From: Candidatus Electronema aureum
Lineage (GTDB): Bacteria > Desulfobacterota > Desulfobulbia > Desulfobulbales > Desulfobulbaceae
Assembly (NCBI GenBank): GCA_004284765.1
Contig: NQJD01000004.1
Location: forward strand, 60,001 to 92,000
Direction: 5' to 3'
Length of the DNA: 32,000 nt
Shown here: piece by piece, positions 26,151-32,000 of the stretch
How positions within the stretch are numbered: the stretch's first letter is position 1
Layout: every line of letters begins with the position of its first letter
Notes under the pieces: model-generated
The model's database searches: none
What the model was told of the DNA's origin: nothing
What the model saw: only the letters and a program-made list of their open reading frames with translations
Program-made: the position numbers and the translations under genes

Positions 26151-27280
26151 TGGCAGCGGGAAAACAGCAGCAGACCCGACCTTGGTGTCCCTTCTGCGGC
26201 ATGGATGTGGGCCGTCCTTCAGAGACCGTGCAGCGCACCATGAAGGAATTCCCGGCGGGCCGCTGTCAATGCGGCGCAGTCTATGTCAGCGATGCCACGG
26301 GCCATAACATCGGGGCGGCAATGGTGGAGTGCCTAGTTTTTGCCTGCGGTGATGAGTGGGATTTAGCCTGGGAGCTGATCCCAGAGGACGACTACCTCAC
26401 CGGCATAGTAGAGGATTACGATGATGTCACCCACCAAATTTGCCCCAAGCGCAACTTGGACGGCAGAGCAGTGCGTGGCATTCTCTACTTTGTTCGCCTG
26501 CACAAGGAGGTAGCCGAGATAGCCGCCCGTTTCGCGAAGAAGAAAGAGCAAGAGGCCAAGGCAGCCGCAGCTCAGGGCGGTAACGCGGTGATGCCTGAAT
26601 TAGAGCCTGTCCGTGACCCTAAGCGGCAGAAGCGACAGGCCAACAAGCTCTTGGTTAAGCAGTTAGTTGAGGCGGGTGACATCAACGCGTTAGTTGATCT
26701 CAGCTTTGACGACAAGCGTACCCTGCGCTTTCTCCAGAAGCTCCTCTATCAGCCTGCACCAGAACAGCGTTATAAGACCGCTTGGCTGATCGGGCAAATC
26801 ACGGCTCGGCTTTCCACCCGCGAGCCTGCACCGGTGGCAGACATGCTGCATCGGCTCTTTGAGGCTTGCTCGGATTCTGCTTCCATGCCGTGGGGTATGG
26901 TTGAGGCCATTGGCTCGATTGTTGCCGCACGGACAGACATCTACGGTGCCTTCACCCGCCATCTGCTCAACTTCATGGGTGACGAAGGCACCCGCGAGGC
27001 CGCGTTGCACGGGCTGGTTGAGATAGCCGCTACGCGCCCTGATCTGGTCCGCAGCACACCCTTTTATTCGCTCTTTCCCTTGCTTGACCACGACAGCGCA
27101 AGAGTACGCGGCCTCACTGTGCGCCTGCTGGGTCGAGTCAAGGCCAAGGAAGTTATCTTCCAGATCATGGCCTTACAAAACGATCAGACAGAGATCACCG
27201 TCTATGAGCGCGGTGAGCCAAGCAAGACAACTGTAGCAGCCTTAGTGACTGAGGCAGTGGTACATATTCAACTCGTTTGA
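26150..27280 (+). CDS. uncharacterised protein with an N-terminal Cys4 zinc-ribbon-like motif and a C-terminal HEAT/ARM-like helical region
   Basis: I place the start at the ATG overlapping the TPR stop (TAATG) rather than the tracked 26063. CPFCGM...GRCQCGAVY gives four Cys. The C-terminal part has helical repeats (ALHGLVEIAATRPDLV, VRGLTVRLLGRVK). No family is confidently recalled. Confidence 0.6.
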   Translation: MAAGKQQQTRPWCPFCGMDVGRPSETVQRTMKEFPAGRCQCGAVYVSDATGHNIGAAMVECLVFACGDEWDLAWELIPEDDYLTGIVEDYDDVTHQICPKRNLDGRAVRGILYFVRLHKEVAEIAARFAKKKEQEAKAAAAQGGNAVMPELEPVRDPKRQKRQANKLLVKQLVEAGDINALVDLSFDDKRTLRFLQKLLYQPAPEQRYKTAWLIGQITARLSTREPAPVADMLHRLFEACSDSASMPWGMVEAIGSIVAARTDIYGAFTRHLLNFMGDEGTREAALHGLVEIAATRPDLVRSTPFYSLFPLLDHDSARVRGLTVRLLGRVKAKEVIFQIMALQNDQTEITVYERGEPSKTTVAALVTEAVVHIQLV

Positions 27281-27299
27281 TGCGCGAGGTCTTCGTCGT

Positions 27300-28619
27300 A
27301 TGAAGCAAGATGTACACGTAGTTCTGTCAGGTCGCTGGCTGATCAGCATGGACGGCAACAGCGGGGCGCGGGAAGAGGCAGGTATTTCCGTGGCCATCGC
27401 TCATGACAAGATCACTGAAATTGGCCCCAATCTGGCGGCCAAGTACCCGCAGGCCGAGCATCTTGCCTGTCCACACGGCTTGATCATGCCTGGGCTGATC
27501 AACGCTCACACCCACGCGGCCATGTCCTGCTTTCGGGGCTTGGCTGACGACTTGCCGCTGATGGACTGGCTGACGCAGCACATCTTTCCTCGTGAAGCCC
27601 AGCTGACCAAGGAGATCGTCTATCACTCCACCCTGCTGTCGATCTGCGAGATGATTCGTTCTGGCACGACCAGCTGCAATGACATGTACCTCTTTGCTCA
27701 CGAGGTGGCGCGGGCGGTAGAGGAAGCAGGTATGCGGGCTTGGCTTGGTGAGGTCTTCTTTGATTTCCCCTCGCCCAACTACGGTGCGTTAGAAAACGGC
27801 TTTGCCTCTGTTGAGGAGCTGTTCGAGGTGTATAAAGACAGCTCGTTAGTCCGCATCACGGTGAATCCGCACGCGGTTTATACCTGCTCGCCTGTGCTGC
27901 TCCAACGGGCTGCGGCATTAGCTGAGAAGCAGCACGCCCTCTTGCACATTCACCTTGCTGAAACCAAGGACGAAGTTCGCAGCTGTGTCGAGCGCTACGG
28001 CTGTAGCCCGGTGCAGCATATAGAAAACCTTGGTCTGCTCAATGAACGGTTGGTGGCCGCGCACTGCGTCATGGTTCATGCGGAGGAGATAGAGCTGCTT
28101 GCCCGGCGCAAGGTCAAGATCGCGCATTGCCCTGAGTCGAATATGAAGTTAGCTTCTGGTATTGCCCCGGTGCAACAGATGCTGAACAAGGGACTTACCA
28201 TCGGCCTTGGCACAGACGGCAGCGCATCCAACAATGATGTTGATATGTTTGGTGAGATGAGTACCGCTGCCAAGCTCCAGAAGGTGCATGATCTTGACCC
28301 AACCTCGATGCGTGCGGACGCTGTGCTGCGAGCCGCTACCTTGGGCGGTGCTGCCCTGCTGGGTGCAGAGACAGAGATCGGTAGCCTTGTTGTGGGCAAG
28401 AAAGCAGACCTCATCATGCTGGACATGAACCAGCCGCACCTAACACCGCTCTACAACCCAGTCTCGCACCTTGTTTATGCAGCTAAGGGCAGCGATGTGC
28501 TGCATTCTGTCATCAACGGCAAGGTAGTCATGCGTCATCGGCAGCTGACCACGCTCGATGAGGCAGCTCTTCTTACAGAGATGCGTCGGATCGGCGAGAC
28601 CGTGCAACGAATGCGCTGA
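27300..28619 (+). CDS. mtaD: amidohydrolase, MtaD-like 5-methylthioadenosine/S-adenosylhomocysteine deaminase
   Basis: GLINAHTHAAMS (HxH metal site), HIHLAET, HCV and GTDGSASNN. Confidence 0.82.
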   Translation: MKQDVHVVLSGRWLISMDGNSGAREEAGISVAIAHDKITEIGPNLAAKYPQAEHLACPHGLIMPGLINAHTHAAMSCFRGLADDLPLMDWLTQHIFPREAQLTKEIVYHSTLLSICEMIRSGTTSCNDMYLFAHEVARAVEEAGMRAWLGEVFFDFPSPNYGALENGFASVEELFEVYKDSSLVRITVNPHAVYTCSPVLLQRAAALAEKQHALLHIHLAETKDEVRSCVERYGCSPVQHIENLGLLNERLVAAHCVMVHAEEIELLARRKVKIAHCPESNMKLASGIAPVQQMLNKGLTIGLGTDGSASNNDVDMFGEMSTAAKLQKVHDLDPTSMRADAVLRAATLGGAALLGAETEIGSLVVGKKADLIMLDMNQPHLTPLYNPVSHLVYAAKGSDVLHSVINGKVVMRHRQLTTLDEAALLTEMRRIGETVQRMR

Positions 28620-28673
28620 TAACGCAGGGCAGGCGCAACGGCCTGCCCATCTGCGGCAACATGGAAGAATGTT

Positions 28674-29015
28674 TCAGCCCGGCGGCCAGTTCAGGTCGCG
28701 TCCGCCAAGGATGTGCATGTGGATGTGAAAGACTGTCTGCCCGGCCTTGGCCCCGTTGTTGAAAACCACCCGGAAATCGTCAAAGCCTTCTTTTTTGGCG
28801 ATCTCGCCGCCGATGCGCAGCATCCTGCCGATGAGCTGCTCGTCTTCGGTAGTCACGGCGGCAGGCCCGCTGATGTGCTTCTTGGGAATCACCAAAAAAT
28901 GCAGCGGCGCGGCAGGATTGATGTCGCGGAAGGCAAGCAGCTCGTCATCCTCAAACAACTTGGCAGCAGGGATCTCCCCGCGAATGATTTTACAGAAAAT
29001 ACAGTTATCAGCCAT
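28674..29015 (-). CDS. HIT-family nucleotide hydrolase (HinT-like)
   Basis: 113 aa. CIFCKII...AAPLHFLVIPKKH...HIHMHILGG (histidine triad). Confidence 0.9.
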   Translation of the reverse strand: MADNCIFCKIIRGEIPAAKLFEDDELLAFRDINPAAPLHFLVIPKKHISGPAAVTTEDEQLIGRMLRIGGEIAKKEGFDDFRVVFNNGAKAGQTVFHIHMHILGGRDLNWPPG

Positions 29016-29075
29016 AAGTAATCCTCCGAATTAGATTAAACCTCTTGCACGAGTATGCAGCAGTTGAAAGCGTCA

Positions 29076-29816
29076 TCAACCAACCAGCCCTTTGTTTTCC
29101 CGCAAAACCTCCAGCGCAGCCTTAGCCGCTATCTGCTCGGCCTCCTTCTTACTGGTAGCACGACCAGAGCCAAGCAGCTGGCTGTGAAATTGCACGGACA
29201 CGGTAAACATGCGGGCGTGAGCCGGGCCTTCCTCAGCCTCCAGTATATACTGCGGCCCTTCATTGTGCTGTTCTTGAAGGACTTCTTGCAGCTTGCTTTT
29301 GGCATCTGCTGAGATGAGCTGTTCGCCCTGCTGGTCGATGAGCGGATCAAAGGTCTGTTGTACAGAGCTATGCACCGCGCTATACCCACCATCGAGAAAC
29401 ATTGCGCCAATCATAGCCTCATAGGCGCAGGAAAGGATCGAGGCTTTCTCGCGTCCGTTGGAGCTATCTTCGCCTTTTCCCAGCAACAAGTGCTTGCCCA
29501 AAGCAAGGCTACGAGCAATTTCAGCCAAGCTGGTTTCATTGACCAAAGCCGCGCGGATACGGGTTAGCTTGCCTTCACGCATGGTTGGAAAGCGGGTAAA
29601 CAGGAGATGACCAACTGCCATGTCTAACACCGCATCGCCAAGAAACTCCAAGGTCTCATTGTGGCGACCACAGTCTAAGCGCTCAAAGGCAAAGGAGCTG
29701 TGCACCAAGGCCAGCTGAAGCAATTGGCGGTCGCGGAAGGCATAGCCGATCTGCTCCTGAATTTCGGCTAACTGCGCCGCATGTTTGATCGTTAATTCCT
29801 CAAGCGTGGTTCCCAT
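29076..29816 (-). CDS. rnc: ribonuclease III
   Basis: NETLEFLGDAVLD signature and a C-terminal dsRBD (GPAHARMFTVSV...GSGRATSKKEAEQIAA). Confidence 0.95.
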   Translation of the reverse strand: MGTTLEELTIKHAAQLAEIQEQIGYAFRDRQLLQLALVHSSFAFERLDCGRHNETLEFLGDAVLDMAVGHLLFTRFPTMREGKLTRIRAALVNETSLAEIARSLALGKHLLLGKGEDSSNGREKASILSCAYEAMIGAMFLDGGYSAVHSSVQQTFDPLIDQQGEQLISADAKSKLQEVLQEQHNEGPQYILEAEEGPAHARMFTVSVQFHSQLLGSGRATSKKEAEQIAAKAALEVLRENKGLVG

Positions 29817-29918
29817 GCTTCTCCGGTGACAGCTGGTTGCTGAAAATTTCTGTTCGGGCAGATTTTCCTCTTGTCAACATCACCTCAGATAGAGTATAAA
29901 TTGCCGCACAGTAAGTAA

Positions 29919-29993
<75 letters not shown>

Positions 29994-30005
29994 AGGACAT
30001 TTCAA

Positions 30006-30038
30006 GGCCAGTGAATTTATGTTCACTGGCCTTTTTTT
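30006..30038 (+). terminator. rho-independent terminator after tRNA-Cys
   Basis: 10-bp stem ggccagtgaa/ttcactggcc with loop tttatg, then ttttttt. It lies between tRNA-Cys and the convergent gltA stop. Confidence 0.75.
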
Positions 30039-30057
30039 ATTCTCCAGCAAGCGGCGA

Positions 30058-31353
30058 TTATCGTTCGGACATCGGCACAAAGGGCCGCGCTGACTCACCG
30101 AGATACACCTGCCGAGGCCGTCCAATCTTGGAGCGTGGGTCTTCTTGCTGCTCCTTCCACTGAGCAATCCAGCCGGGCAATCGTCCCAACGCAAACATCA
30201 CTGTGAACATGTTGGTCGGAATACCGAGGGCGCGGTAGATGATGCCGGAGTAAAAATCAACATTCGGGAAGAGGTTACGCTCAATGAAATATTGGTCTTT
30301 GAGCGCAACCTCTTCCAGACGAAGAGCGATCTCCAGCAGCGGATCAGAGACATTCAGCACGGCGAGCAGATCGTCGCAGGCATTTTTGATGATCTTGCCT
30401 CTGGGGTCAAACGTTTTGTACACTCGGTGGCCAAAGCCAGACAGCTTAAAGGGATCAGCCTTGTCCTTGGCTTTGTCGATGTATTTCTTGAAATTGCCAC
30501 CGTCCCGGTAAATAGCCTCCAGCATGGTAATCACTGCTTCATTAGCCCCACCGTGCAGTGGCCCCCAGAGCGCGTTAATCCCAGCAGCTATGGAGGCGTA
30601 AAGGTTTACACCCGCGCTACCGACTAAGCGCACCGTGGAGGTGGAACAGTTTTGCTCGTGATCAGCATGAAGAATGAGCAGCTTGTTCATAGCTGCCACC
30701 GCCTCAGGTCGCAGAGCATAAGGCGCGACCGGATTGTCGAACATCATGTTGAGGAAATTGGCGCAGTAGCTTAAATCCGGGCGGGGATAAACCAACGGTT
30801 CACCAAGGCTCTTCTTGTAGGAAAAGGCAGCGATAGTGCGAATTTTTGAGATCAACCGGGCCGCTGTGAGGTCAAGCGGAGCCAGCGGGTCGTCGTTCAT
30901 CTCTGGGTAGTAGCTGCACAGACTGTTGACCATCACCGACAGAATGGCCATCGGCGGCGCACCGGGCGGGAACCGGTCGAAGAAATGAATCATGTCCTCG
31001 TGGATCAGCGAGAAGCGATTGAGTAAATCCCGATAACGCTCATATTCCGCTGCGTTGGGCAAGTGACCATGCACGAGCAGGTAGGCAACCTCGACGAACA
31101 GACACTTTTCAGCCAAATCCTCAATAGCATAACCTCGGTAGCTGAGAATGCCCTTGTTACCGTCGAGAAAGGTGATTCGGCTGGTGCAGGCGGCGGTGTT
31201 TTTGTAACCAAGGTCAAGGGTGGTACACCCTGTTTCTTGGAGCAACTTACTGATATCGATAGCTCTATCGCCTTCTGTGCCGTACACAACAGGTAAGCTG
31301 TAGGATTTGCCATCAATGATGAGGGTAACGTTCTCGCTGCGGCTATTGCTCAT
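30058..31353 (-). CDS. gltA: citrate synthase (Gram-negative hexameric type)
   Basis: GFGHRVYKTFDPR signature and LILHADHEQNCSTS. I place the start at MSNSRSENVTLIIDGKSY, with GAGG 9 nt upstream. The tracked start at 31470 is a TTG. Confidence 0.95.
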   Translation of the reverse strand: MSNSRSENVTLIIDGKSYSLPVVYGTEGDRAIDISKLLQETGCTTLDLGYKNTAACTSRITFLDGNKGILSYRGYAIEDLAEKCLFVEVAYLLVHGHLPNAAEYERYRDLLNRFSLIHEDMIHFFDRFPPGAPPMAILSVMVNSLCSYYPEMNDDPLAPLDLTAARLISKIRTIAAFSYKKSLGEPLVYPRPDLSYCANFLNMMFDNPVAPYALRPEAVAAMNKLLILHADHEQNCSTSTVRLVGSAGVNLYASIAAGINALWGPLHGGANEAVITMLEAIYRDGGNFKKYIDKAKDKADPFKLSGFGHRVYKTFDPRGKIIKNACDDLLAVLNVSDPLLEIALRLEEVALKDQYFIERNLFPNVDFYSGIIYRALGIPTNMFTVMFALGRLPGWIAQWKEQQEDPRSKIGRPRQVYLGESARPFVPMSER

Positions 31354-31556
31354 GACGGGCACCTCTGTCTCTGGTAGTTGACTGATCGCTTTCATGCTCT
31401 TGCTGCATGAGAGCAGGCGCGCCCCGCAAGCGGCGGAAAGAGATACGCGGTCTTTCCTAACCGGGTACAATGGTTGCGCTGCAAGGGACTGAAAACAGGC
31501 GGCTGTGCGGACTATAGCTGAAGCTCTCGACAGCCTATGAAGTTGGACAAGGGGCG

Positions 31557-31585
31557 ATTGTACCGCACTTCCCAGAAAAGATCAA
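31557..31585 (-). promoter_or_regulatory. putative gltA promoter
   Basis: On the minus strand, TTGATC, a 17-nt spacer, then TACAAT, about 200 nt upstream of the gltA ATG. Pattern match only. Confidence 0.3.
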
Positions 31586-31646
31586 GGCGCAGAAAATCCC
31601 CATCTATTTCCGGCATAAGCTGGGGTGTTGTCCGACTGAGATAAAG

Positions 31647-32000
31647 TCACATCTTTCCGTCTCTCTTCTCAATCTGTTCTTTCTTTTCTGCGGGCAGAGA
31701 GTCATAGAGGGTGTCGATATGCTTTGGTTGTGTGATCATAACATCCGCGATAATATTGACTAATTTGGCGAGTTGGGCAGCAGTGTCAGGATCATCGCGC
31801 AAGTCAAGCTCGCCTGGATGCACTGCCTCATTTCCAATCACGCGAACGATGTCCAGACTCTTTTGAATACGAGGGTTCAAGCCTTTCTTAACCAGCCCGG
31901 CAATATCCTGATTGATGTTCTTGCCAGACTCGCCCAAGTGTGCGCAGAGTTTCTGCACACAGAGCCGGAGCAGTGCGGCAGCACCACGAGGCGAGCGATT
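31647..32000 (-). CDS. DUF4145-like domain protein; C-terminal part only, the frame stays open to the window end
   Basis: The tracked start is a GTG. Hand translation upstream stays open ([24 protein letters not shown]...). The [14 protein letters not shown] motif is typical of DUF4145. Confidence 0.6.
   Translation of the reverse strand, partial: NRSPRGAAALLRLCVQKLCAHLGESGKNINQDIAGLVKKGLNPRIQKSLDIVRVIGNEAVHPGELDLRDDPDTAAQLAKLVNIIADVMITQPKHIDTLYDSLPAEKKEQIEKRDGKM

Noticed and set aside
28627-28648. GC-rich hairpin gggcaggc-gcaacg-gcctgccc between the convergent mtaD and HIT genes.
   Set aside because: The stem is perfect, but neither side has a U-tract. It may be a terminator or stabiliser, but I cannot support a call.
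31354-31470. Tracked 39-aa N-terminal extension of gltA (TTG start).
   Set aside because: Citrate synthase homology begins at MSNSRSENVTL, and that ATG has a GAGG Shine-Dalgarno sequence. The extension is Cys, Arg and Leu-rich leader sequence.

Overview
GC-rich chromosomal segment (about 53-67% GC in hand-counted 60-nt lines) from a Gram-negative bacterium, judging by an LptF/G permease and a hexameric-type citrate synthase. I cannot assign a taxon. Most of the window is housekeeping. It holds a nucleotide-sugar and glycan-tailoring block next to tRNA-Arg(CCT) (uxs, gmd, fcl, carbamoyltransferase, SGNH hydrolase, SxtJ-like membrane protein). It also holds tandem ADP-glucose pyrophosphorylase paralogues, a DHH phosphoesterase, a DUF4445/ASKHA protein, LptF/G and ftsK. 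A TPR-ribE-ribBA-ribH-nusB operon, tRNA-Pro, tRNA-Asn and tRNA-Cys, a TPR plus zinc-ribbon/HEAT pair, an MtaD-like deaminase, a HIT protein, rnc and gltA complete the core. Accessory genes sit in several low-GC patches. (1) A compact cassette of about 1.6 kb at 30-32% GC encodes a DGQHR (DndB/ParB-like) protein translationally coupled to a small GIY-YIG nuclease. It sits exactly between gmd and fcl, with no Dnd, Ssp, Dpd or methyltransferase partner in view. This is my top candidate for an undescribed system. (2) An 874-aa STAND/NACHT NTPase with a C-terminal pentapeptide-repeat array lies 4 nt downstream of lptF/G. (3) A mazEF pair with its own near-consensus promoter is inserted inside the riboflavin operon. 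(4) A HARE-HTH plus GIY-YIG single-protein nuclease sits in a low-GC islet at the 3' side of tRNA-Pro. (5) A truncated DUF4145 gene lies at the right edge. No CRISPR array, integrase, transposase or rRNA was seen.
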